A stretch of 64,000 nucleotides of DNA, taken from the NCBI GenBank assembly GCA_963666315.2, contig CAXXHG010000032.1, positions 104,248-168,247 of the forward strand, read 5' to 3'. The position numbers and the translations under genes are program-made. Below are positions 1-10,213 of this stretch, piece after piece; positions within the stretch are counted from its first letter, which is position 1; every line of letters starts with the position of its first letter. A model generated the notes under the pieces. That model saw nothing but the letters and a program-made list of their open reading frames with translations. It was not told where the DNA came from and made no database searches. Origin of the DNA: Candidatus Binatia bacterium (GTDB lineage: Bacteria; Desulfobacterota; Binatia; Bin18).

Positions 1-118
1 GCGCATCTTCTTTATCTTGGCCTTGTGTGATTGCTTCGGGTAGATCGACGAACCGCACGATAAACCCACCATCATCTTTATCTGGCCTCAGGATGGCCGA
101 GTAGCCAAAGTTTTGCAT
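1..118 (-). CDS. hicB: HicB-family antitoxin, N-terminal part (runs off the window edge)
   Basis: Manual translation from ATG at 118: MQNFGYSAILRPDKDDGGFIVRFVDLPEAITQGQDKEDA, matching the HicB pattern Y.A.L.PD.DGGF.V.F.DLPEAITQG. Not in the ORF track. Confidence 0.8.
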   Translation of the reverse strand, partial: MQNFGYSAILRPDKDDGGFIVRFVDLPEAITQGQDKEDA

Positions 119-137
119 CACAGATCCCTATAAATCT

Positions 138-500
138 TCAAAATGAAGTGCCCATGACAATAACGCGGTGGCTCCGAGCCAGCCCATGCTGCCGATAAAA
201 GGCTTCGGCTGGACCATCCGCATCAGTCAGCAAGTAGAGATTCCGCACTCCCTCAGAGCGCAAATCTTGGACTAACACGGAAAGAATCTTTCCGCCCAAA
301 CCTGTCCGCTGCTGTTCGGGATCAACACACATTTCCTGCAGCAGAAATTCCTCACCATTCTCTACGCTTTCAATATGGCCAGCAGCAAAGGCCCGAACGC
401 TCTCTCCTTCAAGGCCAACAATACCTCGGAACCGAGGTGTATGGAAAATGTCGGAGAGCCGACGTTCAGCGGTGTCTGCCGTCCAGTGCTCGTTCCACAT
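138..500 (-). pseudogene. GNAT N-acetyltransferase, N-terminally truncated fragment
   Basis: Motif A EMCVDPEQQRTGLGGKIL and motif B PAEAFYRQHG. Family-like sequence starts abruptly at WNEHWT, where it joins the ATPase fragment. Confidence 0.7.
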
Positions 501-843
501 ACGGTTGCATCGCCGTGTCATACTCACACTTAGCGGGATTCGCCATGCAGCGCTTTATCTCTATGGGCTTTGGTACGCCTCGTAACTTCACCACGGCCCG
601 GACGGTTGCTTCGTCGGCACTGCGTTTTATGTGGGGGCCATGCTTAATCAAAGTGATTGGGCCGGTCCCCTTTCCCGCCAAACGGGAGACCCTTCCCGTC
701 AAGAGAAAATCAATAGCATCTACAACCGCGCTTTTTCCTGCCCCATTAGGCCCCCAGATAACCATGTTCTTGCCATCCGAGGCGAGGATTTCGTGGACAA
801 TTCCACGGACGTTGGAAATTTCGACTTCGAGCAGTTTCATCAC
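466..843 (-). pseudogene. SMC/Rad50-like ABC ATPase, N-terminal fragment only
   Basis: KLLEVEISNVRGI...IWGPNGAGKSAVVDAIDFLLTG (Walker A). No coiled coil or Walker B half; ends after about 125 aa. Confidence 0.8.
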
Positions 844-1001
844 CTTTTCGCTACTGCTAACTTCAAGCCTTGAACGACTTGCGCCGCCTTCTTGAAGCCG
901 CCCTTTTCTACCAATTGCCTAAGCGCTTCGGTAGTCTCTGTGTCGAACTCTTCGTGGCTTTGGATAATCGAAAACATCTCATCAAAGAATCGGCCCGTCA
1001 A
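841..1001 (-). pseudogene. Small acidic protein fragment translationally coupled to the ATPase
   Basis: Frame ...FFDEMFSIIQSHEEFDTETTEALRQLVEKGGFKKAAQVVQGLKLAVAKR* ends in TGATGATG overlapping the ATPase start. The 5' end is unclear. Confidence 0.4.
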
Positions 1002-1002
1002 C

Positions 1003-1290
1003 GTTCAGAGACTGGTGACTATTCTCGTTCAGATCGTTCTCGCGCTGAGCCTCGCATCTGCGGCTCACGCCCAGCCCACGTTTTCAGAAATATTCAGCCT
1101 CGACACGATTGGGCCGGGTAGCGTCAGTACGCTGACGTTCACCATCACCACCGGCAGTGGGACTCCCATAGAGAACCTGGCATTTAGCGACACTTTGCCA
1201 ACAGGAGTGATTCTTGCCATTCCTGCCAATCCTCTGATGTGTCCGATCGGAAATATCGCAGCTTCCGCTGGTGGCTCCACTAGCATGTTT
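1003..1290 (+). pseudogene. Fragment of a secreted Ig-like repeat surface protein
   Basis: Signal peptide LALSLASAAHA followed by QPTFSEIFSLDTIGPGSVSTLTFTI...LAFSDTLPTGVILAIPAN; truncated after one domain. Confidence 0.6.
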
Positions 1291-1367
1291 ATGGCTGAAG
1301 GCTGTGTATCCTGTGTCCTAAGCAGCAGCGGTGTTGGACTGAAGATGTACGAGAAAGAATAGAGGCA

Positions 1368-2488
1368 ATGCTCATGCTATTGATCAATAGATCCTCATTC
1401 TCTACTCATTTTCGATATCGAGCCATGCTCACGATGGTGATGGTATTGTCGACTTGGATCTTTACCGTCAGCGCTACGGCCCAACAAAGTAGAGGCACGA
1501 TCACCATCATCAAGGACACCGTGCCCGATGGAGCCCGGACTTTGCCTTTACCACCACCGGCGGCTTAAGCCCGAGCACGTTTAGTCTGGATGATGATGCC
1601 GACGGCACGCTGCCCACCACCCAAACGTATACAAACCTGGCGGCGGGCACGTATACAGTGACCGAGTCGGGGGTAGCGGGCTTTACAACGACCCTGAGCT
1701 GTACGGATCCCTCAGGCGGCGCGAGCACGACGGGCGACAGCGCGCTCATCGATCTGGCTCCTGGCGAGACCGTCACCTGTACATTTACGAATACGGCTCA
1801 GCCTCTAGCAGACGTTGAGATTGGCATCGACCAGTTTGCTCCAGCCGCCCTCTTGAGCCCAGCTGAGGCGCAGACACCGGGCCTCCTCGTGATATACTCG
1901 CTCACCGTGACCAACACTGGGCCAACGGCAGCCGAGAACGTCAGCGTGACGAGTCCGGTGCCGGCGGGCCTGATGTTTGAGTCGAATACCGGGGCGTGTA
2001 CAACCCCAGTTCCCTGCACTCTGGGGACACTGGCAGTCGGCCAGAGTCGGGTGATCACGACAACGCCCAGTGCACCGCCGGGCTTTGATCCCAGCCAGTC
2101 CATCACGCTGACGGCGACAGTCACCAGCACGACGCCAGACCCGGACCTGTGCAATAACACAGCGAGCGCAATCATAACGATTTCCGAGATTCCCACCCTG
2201 CCGCAATGGGGGATGATGCTACTGACCCTCGCCTTACTCACAATTGCCATATGGCAGTTGGCAGGCCAGCGGGTGGTAGTGGGTGCGACAGCGGCCACAG
2301 GAGCCGTGCTCCCAGGGGCGGAGAGTCAGTGGTTGAGTTCCCTCTTCCTTGGTCAGGGACTCGCAACCCTGGGCTTAGGGTTGTATGCCGTGCTGGTCGG
2401 CCCCCTGGTGCCGCATGATGGGCTGGGCGCTTTCCTGGCCGGGCTGCTGCTCGGCGTGATGCTTGAGGGCTGCCGGCGCAGCCGCTGA
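1368..2488 (+). pseudogene. IPTL-CTERM sorted surface protein (signal peptide, prealbumin-like domain, DUF11-like domain, IPTLxxWG motif, extended membrane tail) with one frameshift near 1537
   Basis: GTITIIKDTVPDGA continues in another frame as DFAFTTTGGLSPSTFSLDDDADGTLP...VTCTFTN, then YSLTVTNTGPTAAENVSVT...DPDLCNNTAS and IPTLPQWGMMLLTLALL. One base is missing at GGAGCCCGGAC. Confidence 0.8.
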
Positions 2489-2651
2489 CACACGGATCTC
2501 TTGGTAAATCTTCACTCTCGGGTCAAATCGAACAAACGACTAGAGTCGAGATGTGGCGCGGTGGCTTAGGCAGGGCCTATCTGTTACAGGTCGTGACTCA
2601 ACACTTAGCGGCCTTTCAACTCAAAAAACGCATCGTCGCCGTTGCCCGGCT

Positions 2652-3728
2652 TCAGTAGCCCCGCTCCCAGTCCAATACGTTCAGGAGGGATTGGCCTGTG
2701 ATATAGCGCTGTAGATTATCGCAAAATAACTCTATGCCTTTTGCTTGCTGGACATCAGTTCCACCTGACGTATGCGGAGTGATCATGACATTCGGCAGTT
2801 GCCAGAGTTCTTCTGGTGGCGGTCCGGTGAATTCTCCGCTGTAGACATCTAAGCCTGCCCCAGCAATCCAGCCCTCACGTAACGCTGTAGTTAAGGCAGA
2901 TTGATCTATCAGTTCACCCCGGGCCACATTGATGAGATACGCACTCGGTTTCATCTGGCGCAGTTCAGCTTCAGCCATGAGTCCATCCGTTTCCGGTGTC
3001 CATTGGGTGCTCAAGACAACAAAATCGCTCTGCTCAAGCAGAATAGACAGCTCTGCTGGCGGGAGCAGTTCGTCAACGTCTTGCGTCTTCGTGTGTGGAG
3101 TGGTTGCTGACCGACGCGTTGCCATAACCCGCATCCCGACTGCTTTGGCGAGACGTGCGACAGCGCTCCCAATGCCACCCAGGCCGATAATGCCTATAGT
3201 TTTTCCCTGTACCAGTATGGGACGATATTCTGGGCGTTCGAATGCCTGATTGTTCCGATCGTGGAACGCTTGAGGCAAAGACTTGGCAAAGAGGAAGATC
3301 GTGGATAGAACATATTCCGCAATAGGCAAAGGGTTATTTAGCCCACGCGACGTTGTGACGACGACGTCGCTGCCCCACATATCGCCCATGCGCAAATTCG
3401 AGGCACCCGCAGGCGTTTGGTGGAGCCACTTGAGGCGCGGCGCCCGAGCGCGTAAGTCGAGCGGAAAAGGAAATCGAATGCAGATGACCTCGGCTTCGGC
3501 TAGCAGCGCGTCCCGCTCGGCGCGGGTCGAGGTGTTTGCTGCTACCAGTGCTTGCGGCACATAGCGACGAACGGATTCCGCCGGCCAGGTTTCGGGATAC
3601 TCGACCTCGAACTTCCCGCGTGCATCCACAACCCGAATGCGTGGATCAATCGCGCTAATCTTCCCGGTGACAGACTCTCCCACAGCACCGAGCAGCAGGA
3701 TGTTCAGGATGTTGAGCGGGTTCGGCAT
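2652..3728 (-). CDS. D-2-hydroxyacid dehydrogenase family protein
   Basis: GIIGLGGIG Rossmann motif, INVARG, GAGLDV, ITPHTSG. Confidence 0.9.
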   Translation of the reverse strand: MPNPLNILNILLLGAVGESVTGKISAIDPRIRVVDARGKFEVEYPETWPAESVRRYVPQALVAANTSTRAERDALLAEAEVICIRFPFPLDLRARAPRLKWLHQTPAGASNLRMGDMWGSDVVVTTSRGLNNPLPIAEYVLSTIFLFAKSLPQAFHDRNNQAFERPEYRPILVQGKTIGIIGLGGIGSAVARLAKAVGMRVMATRRSATTPHTKTQDVDELLPPAELSILLEQSDFVVLSTQWTPETDGLMAEAELRQMKPSAYLINVARGELIDQSALTTALREGWIAGAGLDVYSGEFTGPPPEELWQLPNVMITPHTSGGTDVQQAKGIELFCDNLQRYITGQSLLNVLDWERGY

Positions 3729-3775
3729 GTGTCCGGTGAACAGCTAGCCAGTTGTAAAGACGCTGCCCGCTGCCC

Positions 3776-4186
3776 CTACTCAGCTCCGATTGCGTCAAGC
3801 GCCGCACGGGCGCATTCAATATCTTCGTCTTCCGTCCCGCCGCTCGTGCCCACGCCACCAAGAAATTCACCACTCACAGCCAACGGCAAGCCGCCGCCAG
3901 CCAACAGCAACGTCCGTCCAATAATGTCGGCAACGCTGCTAAACAACTGCGAGCGCGATTCCGCCAGTTCGGCGACCTCGCGTGAGGTCCGGCGAAAAGT
4001 CGCAGCCGTAAACGCCTTGCTCTGGGCAACACCAGTTGTTAACCAACGCGCGTTATCCATACGTGCAAGCGCGACCAAGTTTCCAGCGGAATCCACGACG
4101 GCAAAGCTCATGTCCCAGCCTTTTTCTTGTGCTTTCTGTCTGGCTGCGGCAATAAACTGTTCTGCAAGCGCTAATGTGAGAGGCAT
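3776..4186 (-). CDS. GlcG/HbpS heme-binding protein
   Basis: AVVDSAGNLVALARMD, AQSKAFTA, GGGLPL...GGVGTSGGTEDEDIECA. Start placed at MPLTL after an AGGAGA RBS. Confidence 0.88.
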   Translation of the reverse strand: MPLTLALAEQFIAAARQKAQEKGWDMSFAVVDSAGNLVALARMDNARWLTTGVAQSKAFTAATFRRTSREVAELAESRSQLFSSVADIIGRTLLLAGGGLPLAVSGEFLGGVGTSGGTEDEDIECARAALDAIGAE

Positions 4187-4276
4187 GCTTTCTCCTTGTC
4201 TATAGAGGGACGAATACAGGCAGGGCAGCCACATGAGGCTGCCCCTACAATCTTTTTACAATCTCATGCAAGCAAG

Positions 4277-5185
4277 CTAGCGCTGATGATACAGCGGATG
4301 GCCTTTGTAGGGAGTCTTGAGACAACTGAAGTGATCGCCTTCGAGATTGGCGATGTACAGTGTCTGCAAGTCCGGCCCGCCAAAGGCACAGTTGGTCGGA
4401 AAGTTCAGCTTCTTGCCTTCGGCAGAATCATCAATAAGCATGCGCCAATTGCCGTTGGTGTCAACGGCGATGACTTGATGGGCCGGGACCATTTCTCCAC
4501 CCTTCACCACCGCCGGCAGAGTCACATACATATTGCCGTCCACATCAAAGGCCATTCCATCCGGCAAAGACGGAAAATCTTTGGAGTAGATCTCAGGCTT
4601 GCCAAACGTACCATCCTTATTGATCTGGATACGCAGACAGTCATTCCGGGTGCTTTCCAGCACGTAGACCGCGTCTTCTTTGGGATCGATAGCTGTGCCG
4701 TTAGCCAGATAAATGCCCTCGGCCACAATTTCGCTCTTGCCGTTCGGACGGATGACGACGAGCGCCCCTTTGGCCGAGGGCGTAGCCAATTCGGCGAGTA
4801 CGTTCTCAATAGTCGACGTACTCGAATTCGAGATGTATAAATTGCCCTCAGCATCGTAGCTGGCAAAGTTCGGCAGTGTCAGTTTCAGCGAGCCAACCTG
4901 ATCCGCAATCAGCGACACTTCGCCACTCTGGGTGACGCGCATCATCGCCTGCTTGCCCAGGTCGCAGTACACCAGATCGCCATTCCGGTCCATCGTAACG
5001 CCATTCGGAATAGACCCCTCGGGAAGTGTGACCAGCTCACTCACAGTGCCATCTTGTGTGACCTTATACATGATGCCGTTACGCCCACCGCCAAAAACGT
5101 TGCCCTCCTTATCAACCACCACACCCTCGGCTTGCAGTACGCCTTTGCCAAAAATCTCAACCTGATCAACAGAAAATGTTGCCAT
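4277..5185 (-). CDS. SMP-30/gluconolactonase/LRE family protein
   Basis: AEGVVVD, PNG, ANG, LPDGMAFDVDGN, PTNCAFGGPDLQTLYI; RBS AAAGGAGG. Confidence 0.9.
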   Translation of the reverse strand: MATFSVDQVEIFGKGVLQAEGVVVDKEGNVFGGGRNGIMYKVTQDGTVSELVTLPEGSIPNGVTMDRNGDLVYCDLGKQAMMRVTQSGEVSLIADQVGSLKLTLPNFASYDAEGNLYISNSSTSTIENVLAELATPSAKGALVVIRPNGKSEIVAEGIYLANGTAIDPKEDAVYVLESTRNDCLRIQINKDGTFGKPEIYSKDFPSLPDGMAFDVDGNMYVTLPAVVKGGEMVPAHQVIAVDTNGNWRMLIDDSAEGKKLNFPTNCAFGGPDLQTLYIANLEGDHFSCLKTPYKGHPLYHQR

Positions 5186-5219
5186 ACAAAGTCCTCCTTT
5201 CACCCCTCCCGTGCTTTGA

Positions 5220-5696
5220 TTATCGCTCTGCCTCTACCCCTGCCGCTTCCGCCTCATCTCGCTGTTTCGTGAACGTCACCTCGCCCACTGCCGAACCACT
5301 CAAAATGACTAAGAGATTCGTCTCCTCAGCCCCAATATTCCGAAAGCCTTCTGGTGTTCCAGCTGGAAAGGAAATCGTATCCCATTGTTCCAGCACGACC
5401 TCGTTCTTGCCGTCGTCTCCCCAGAAGAAAGCGCATTTTCCAGACAGCACCACGAAGACTTCTGGTTTGGGGTGGCTATGCAGCGGGGCTCCCTTGCCCG
5501 GGCTTACCTTGTTAATCACCATGGTAAAACCATGGTTTCCTGCGATCGCAGGAACAGTCTTGCCCGCCCTCCCGATCAATGCGTAGCCCCGCATCCCGTC
5601 AGGTTCGTAGTTCTTGATAAAGCTCGCGTAGTCAATCGGCTTGAGATCCTCAAACCGCGCAATACTCGTGCTCATACCGTCTTGTCCGCTTGGCAT
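5220..5696 (-). CDS. Cupin domain protein
   Basis: PGKGAPLHSHPKPEVFVVLSG and DTISFPAGTPEGFRN cupin motifs. Confidence 0.85.
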   Translation of the reverse strand: MPSGQDGMSTSIARFEDLKPIDYASFIKNYEPDGMRGYALIGRAGKTVPAIAGNHGFTMVINKVSPGKGAPLHSHPKPEVFVVLSGKCAFFWGDDGKNEVVLEQWDTISFPAGTPEGFRNIGAEETNLLVILSGSAVGEVTFTKQRDEAEAAGVEAER

Positions 5697-5729
5697 AATT
5701 CCTCCTTCGTGGCTATTTGTGAATTTTTG

Positions 5730-5894
5730 TAGTAGCGCGTTTGTATGAAAACTGTGTCCTGCACTTGTCCCGGTTCCCCTTCGACAGGCTTAGGGCAAAC
5801 GGGAAGAGGCGGTGTGGAACGGAACCGTTCGTGCTGAGCCCCGTCGAAGCATGAACGAGCAGGGACGCATTATTTCAGACTGGATGCGCTACTA
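5730..5894. mobile_element. MITE-like element, copy 1 (165 bp, imperfect TIRs, TA ends, internal palindrome)
   Basis: Ends TAGTAGCGCGTTTGTATGAAA and TTTCAGACTGGATGCGCTACTA. Core CCTTCGACAGGCTTAGGGCAAACGG...CCGTTCGTGCTGAGCCCCGTCGAAGCATGAACG is shared with 17389-17551 and 22919-23082. Confidence 0.75.
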
Positions 5895-5901
5895 CATATT
5901 T

Positions 5902-7065
5902 TTAAATAACTCCCTCTTCTCTCCACCCAGCCATCTCTGCTGGAGTGTGTCCCAACCACTCGCAATAGACCTCGCTGTTGTGCTCACCCGGTTGCGGTAT
6001 CGGACCGATTTTCCCCGGTGTGTCGGAGAACTTGACCGTCAGACCCGGCACATAGGTCTTGCCCTTTTCTCTATCCTCAATCTCAACCAGCATCTTCCGC
6101 TCCCAGAGGTGCGGATCTTGGGCCGCTTGCGAAATGCTCTGCACCGGTCCGACTGGTACCTCAGCCTGCACTAAGATTTGCACGACTTCCGCAACAGTAT
6201 TCTCCTTGACCCAGCCCTCTACCAGAGCGTTGACCTCGTCGGCATGCGCGGCCCGGCCTGGAATACTGGAGTAACGTTCGTCGTCAATCAGATCCTCACG
6301 ACCGATGCCGCGACAGAAGCGACCCCACATATGCTGTGGGACCGCCAGGATATACACCCAGCCGTCTTTGGCTTGGTAGGTGTTGCACGGGGCGAGGCCA
6401 CCCGGTGCATTGCCCCGCCGCTGAGGCTCTTTGCCGCTCAGCAAATATTGCGCGATGGGAATTTCCATTAGCGTATAGCCTGTGTCGAGCAAACACACAT
6501 CAAGCGCTTGGCCCTCACCAGTCATGTCTCGGCGATGCAGCGCGCCGAGCGCACCGACAGTGGCATGCAGCGCAGTAATGCGATCGATAATCGGCGAATT
6601 CGTCATAATCGGCGGGCCGTCGGGGAAGCCGGTAAAACCCATCAGACCTGACATGGCCTGGCCGATCGGGTCGTAGGCCGGACGGTCCCGATACGGACCT
6701 TCTTGACCAAAGCCAGACACATTAATGAGAATAAGCCCACGGTTGAGCTGCTTGAGGACGTCGTATCCAAGGCCCATGGAGTCCATGACTCCAGGCCGAA
6801 AGTTTTGCAGCAACATGTCAACTTTCGGCACCAAGGACTTGAGGATGGCGATACCCTGCGCGCTGCGCAGATTCAGCGTGATGCTCTTCTTGCCCCGGTT
6901 ATACACCGACCAATACACACTGCCTAAGCCACGCGACTCATCCCCACCCGGTGCTTCAACCTTAATCACCTCTGCGCCAAGATCGCCCAAGACCATCGCG
7001 CAGCGCGGACCGGCCTGATAGCGCCCGAGATCAAGGACTTTGATTCCATCCAGACAGCCTGCCAT
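5902..7065 (-). CDS. Family III (CaiB/BaiF) CoA-transferase
   Basis: LDGIKVLDL, AGP, LGDLGAEVIKVE, NRGKKSITLNL, NFRPG, SGFGQEGPY, and the catalytic Asp in PIIDRITA. Confidence 0.93.
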   Translation of the reverse strand: MAGCLDGIKVLDLGRYQAGPRCAMVLGDLGAEVIKVEAPGGDESRGLGSVYWSVYNRGKKSITLNLRSAQGIAILKSLVPKVDMLLQNFRPGVMDSMGLGYDVLKQLNRGLILINVSGFGQEGPYRDRPAYDPIGQAMSGLMGFTGFPDGPPIMTNSPIIDRITALHATVGALGALHRRDMTGEGQALDVCLLDTGYTLMEIPIAQYLLSGKEPQRRGNAPGGLAPCNTYQAKDGWVYILAVPQHMWGRFCRGIGREDLIDDERYSSIPGRAAHADEVNALVEGWVKENTVAEVVQILVQAEVPVGPVQSISQAAQDPHLWERKMLVEIEDREKGKTYVPGLTVKFSDTPGKIGPIPQPGEHNSEVYCEWLGHTPAEMAGWREEGVI

Positions 7066-7076
7066 AGTGTTCGTCC

Positions 7077-8147
7077 TTATTGCAAATGCGGCATCACATA
7101 TTTGGCAAATCGTTCAATCGACCCCATGATCTTTTCGTGCGGAATAGTATGCACCTGCTGCATGAGCAAAATACTATCCGCCCCAGCTTCCTTATGGAGT
7201 TTGAGCTTACGAATACATTCCTCCGGATCACCAACCACGACCAGATCATGATCGTTGAGATAATCAAAAGTAATCGTGTCCATATCAATGCCAAATATCT
7301 GCTGCAGATAGCTGTAATCGCCCTTGGCCTTCTTGGCCATAGGCAGGACCATCTCGATCGCCCGTTTGGTTGCCCAGACCATACTGTCCGCGGCAGTCTG
7401 GCGCGCCTCCGCCGGACTCTCACCGCAGTAGCCCATGGCAAAGACGGCCGTTCGCTCATTCACGAATGCGCCAACTGGTTTTGCATCTTTAATTGCTGCT
7501 CGATATTTGGCTATCCGGTTGGCTAATTCCGGAGGTTCGACTAATAATGTGAACGACAATAGGCCCAAGCCTTTTTGTCCGGCTAGCTCATGTCCTTCGG
7601 CGCTCGTGGTCGCCATCCACAGCGGAGGATGGGGCTTTTGGCGAGGTTTGGGAACAACTGCACGAGGCGGGATCTTGAAATACTTGCCTTCCCACTCAAA
7701 GATCTCATTGGTCCAGATCTGGGGCAACATATGCAGAGCTTCGTCCCAACGCGCCCGAGTTTCCTCAGCGGGAATACCAAACCCGTCCAGTTCGATTGCA
7801 GTGGTTGAACGCCCTGTCCCAACGTCGATGCGGCCGTTACTCAGCAGATCGAGTACGGCCACACGTTCGGCAACCCGAACCGGATGGTTATACGGAAAAG
7901 GCAGCAACACCACCCCATGTCCGATGCGAATATTTTTGGTGCGCTGGCTGACTGCGCCATACAACACTTCCGGTGCGGAGCAGTGCGAGAACTCCGAAAA
8001 GAAGTGGTGCTCAACCGTCCAGAACGAATGAAATCCGACTTCGTCAGCCAGTTGGACCTGGTCGAGCACCTGTTGGTAGATGTCGAACTCTTGATCCTCG
8101 TACCAGGGCTTAGGCACTTGGATCTCATAGAACATGCCAAACTTCAT
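7077..8147 (-). CDS. LLM-class flavin-dependent oxidoreductase
   Basis: MKFG, WTVEHHF, HPVRVAERVAVLDLLSNGRID, PKPRQKPHPPLW. Confidence 0.93.
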   Translation of the reverse strand: MKFGMFYEIQVPKPWYEDQEFDIYQQVLDQVQLADEVGFHSFWTVEHHFFSEFSHCSAPEVLYGAVSQRTKNIRIGHGVVLLPFPYNHPVRVAERVAVLDLLSNGRIDVGTGRSTTAIELDGFGIPAEETRARWDEALHMLPQIWTNEIFEWEGKYFKIPPRAVVPKPRQKPHPPLWMATTSAEGHELAGQKGLGLLSFTLLVEPPELANRIAKYRAAIKDAKPVGAFVNERTAVFAMGYCGESPAEARQTAADSMVWATKRAIEMVLPMAKKAKGDYSYLQQIFGIDMDTITFDYLNDHDLVVVGDPEECIRKLKLHKEAGADSILLMQQVHTIPHEKIMGSIERFAKYVMPHLQ

Positions 8148-8194
8148 CTCCCCCCCTTTGAGGCTGTCCGATCCGCCAGCTCTTCTGACACGAG

Positions 8195-8236
8195 AAAAAA
8201 AACGGGGAACCAGAGAGCGATGCTCCGGTTCCCCGT
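8195..8236 (-). terminator. Rho-independent terminator downstream of the amidohydrolase
   Basis: Stem ACGGGGAACC...GGTTCCCCGT preceded by an A8 run on the plus strand, which is a U-tract on the minus strand. Confidence 0.7.
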
Positions 8237-8285
8237 CCTGGCGTCCTGGGTTCCGATTCGAGATGGAGCGCTCTAGGCGGAGAGC

Positions 8286-10028
8286 CTAGCGGGCGGCACC
8301 GTTATAGAGCAGCGCACCTGAGGCGTTGCCCGTGCATTCGCCATCCTGGAAGGTCTCTTCGCCGTTGACCAGGATATGCCTATAGCCCTCAGCCTTCTGC
8401 ACCCGCCGCCACTCGTTGGCCGGCGGATCGTGGGCGATCTCACTCGGACGGGAGTTCACGGTATCGGCATCGTACACGACGATATCGGCCGCTTGACCTG
8501 TACGCAGGGTGCCCCGATCCGTGATGCCCGCCGCCCAGGCCATAATTCCGCTCAGGCGGAAGTGGGCTTCTTCTAGGCTCAGGACATCCTGCTCCCGCAC
8601 CAGCCAGGACAGGACCTCGGTCGGATAGATGGCCGGCGTGATGAACTTCACATGCGCGCCACCGTCCGAGACACCGGGCATCATATACGGCGAGCTCATC
8701 AGCTCCTTGAAGCCCTCGACGTTGGCATTGGCGATCGGGCCGGCCCATTCGGTGCGCAGGTCGTCGGCCACCGAAAGATCCAGCATGGCATCGATGACGT
8801 GCTTGCCTTCCTTTTCGGCAATTTGCTCCACCGACAGGCCTTCGTATATCAGTTTGAGATCACGGTTACGAACTTTACGCGCAATGAACTTATGGAACTC
8901 GCCAAAGATGATGTTCATCGTGTCCATGCCGCCCTTGTCGTAGTCGTCGCGCATCTCCTTGCGCAGCTCGGGCTTCGCCAGTTTGGCTTTCCGCTCTTCG
9001 ACCGTCCCGAGCGTGGCTTCCTTCCAGGCCGGAATACCATCAAACAGGTTCCAGTCTTCCAGCGTCATCCGCACTGGGGCCCGAGCGGTGACGGCCTGTC
9101 CGAACACGCGTGCGCCACGCTTGTTGGCTGCGGCTATCCACTTCATCTGAGCCTGGTGGGACTCAGGATGCTTGTCACTGATCACAAGGGCGTTATACAG
9201 TAGCGGCTGACCCGACGTCTTGGCCATCTTTTCCAAGAATAGGAAGTCATCCTCGACGCCAAAGCTACTTTCGCTGGCACCCGACTGGGTGAACTGGATG
9301 CAGCCCTGACCGACGTCATACATGGCCTTGGCCATGTCCATATAGAACTCGTCCGGCAGGATGTCGGTGATCATCGGCGTCCCATCATAGTCGCGCTGCA
9401 CAGACACCCGACTTTCGGGCACCAGACGCTGGGCTGACCAACCCGCAGCGCCTGCCTTCACCGCTTCCTTATAATGGCCAATAATGGTGGCCATCTCGTC
9501 TTTATTCGGGTAGCGCTTCTTGGCATCATCAAAACCGCCCATCACATACGCCACGGCAGGTGCAAGCGGGAAGAGATGCGACACATTGACGCCTAACGGC
9601 ATGCGCGACAGCCGATCCATGTATTGGGGGAAGGTCTCCCAGTCGACTTTCATCGATACGCGCATGGGTTCCAGTGGAATCGCTTCGGTGCGGGACAAAG
9701 CCAACATGGCCCGGTCGACGTCTTGGGGACGCAGCGGGGCAAAACCAAAACCGCAGTTTCCAATGGTGACCGTGGTCACGCCGTGCCAACTGCCGATCGT
9801 ACAGTACGGATCCCAGTGTAACTGGGCATCATAGTGGGTATGGAGATCAATGAACCCAGGGGCCACGACCAGCCCAGTGGCATCAATCTCCTTTTTGGCA
9901 TCGCTGCTGTTGAGGCGACCGATCTCAGCAACTTTACCGTCCTTGATACCAAGGTCAGCCCGGTAACGCGGTACCTTCGTTCCATCGACGATCGTACCGT
10001 TCTTAATCACTGTATCAAACTGCGGCAT
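8286..10028 (-). CDS. N-acyl-D-amino-acid deacylase-like amidohydrolase
   Basis: APGFIDLHTHYD, HGVTTVTIGNCGFGFAP, SDGGAH, ADIVVYD. Confidence 0.9.
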   Translation of the reverse strand: MPQFDTVIKNGTIVDGTKVPRYRADLGIKDGKVAEIGRLNSSDAKKEIDATGLVVAPGFIDLHTHYDAQLHWDPYCTIGSWHGVTTVTIGNCGFGFAPLRPQDVDRAMLALSRTEAIPLEPMRVSMKVDWETFPQYMDRLSRMPLGVNVSHLFPLAPAVAYVMGGFDDAKKRYPNKDEMATIIGHYKEAVKAGAAGWSAQRLVPESRVSVQRDYDGTPMITDILPDEFYMDMAKAMYDVGQGCIQFTQSGASESSFGVEDDFLFLEKMAKTSGQPLLYNALVISDKHPESHQAQMKWIAAANKRGARVFGQAVTARAPVRMTLEDWNLFDGIPAWKEATLGTVEERKAKLAKPELRKEMRDDYDKGGMDTMNIIFGEFHKFIARKVRNRDLKLIYEGLSVEQIAEKEGKHVIDAMLDLSVADDLRTEWAGPIANANVEGFKELMSSPYMMPGVSDGGAHVKFITPAIYPTEVLSWLVREQDVLSLEEAHFRLSGIMAWAAGITDRGTLRTGQAADIVVYDADTVNSRPSEIAHDPPANEWRRVQKAEGYRHILVNGEETFQDGECTGNASGALLYNGAAR

Positions 10029-10213
10029 AACTCCCTCCCTTATAGTATTTATCCAATCATCTCACTTCGAATTTTTTGCACACGCGCAACACCATCCCGT
10101 GTCAACCTTAAACGAAGAAAAATACAGATTTCCCTCTACGGGGGCCCCTGTCTTGGCAACACGTTTTCATATGCTCCCCATGATCTGCAAGATCTGGAGG
10201 ATCCATTTGAGCC

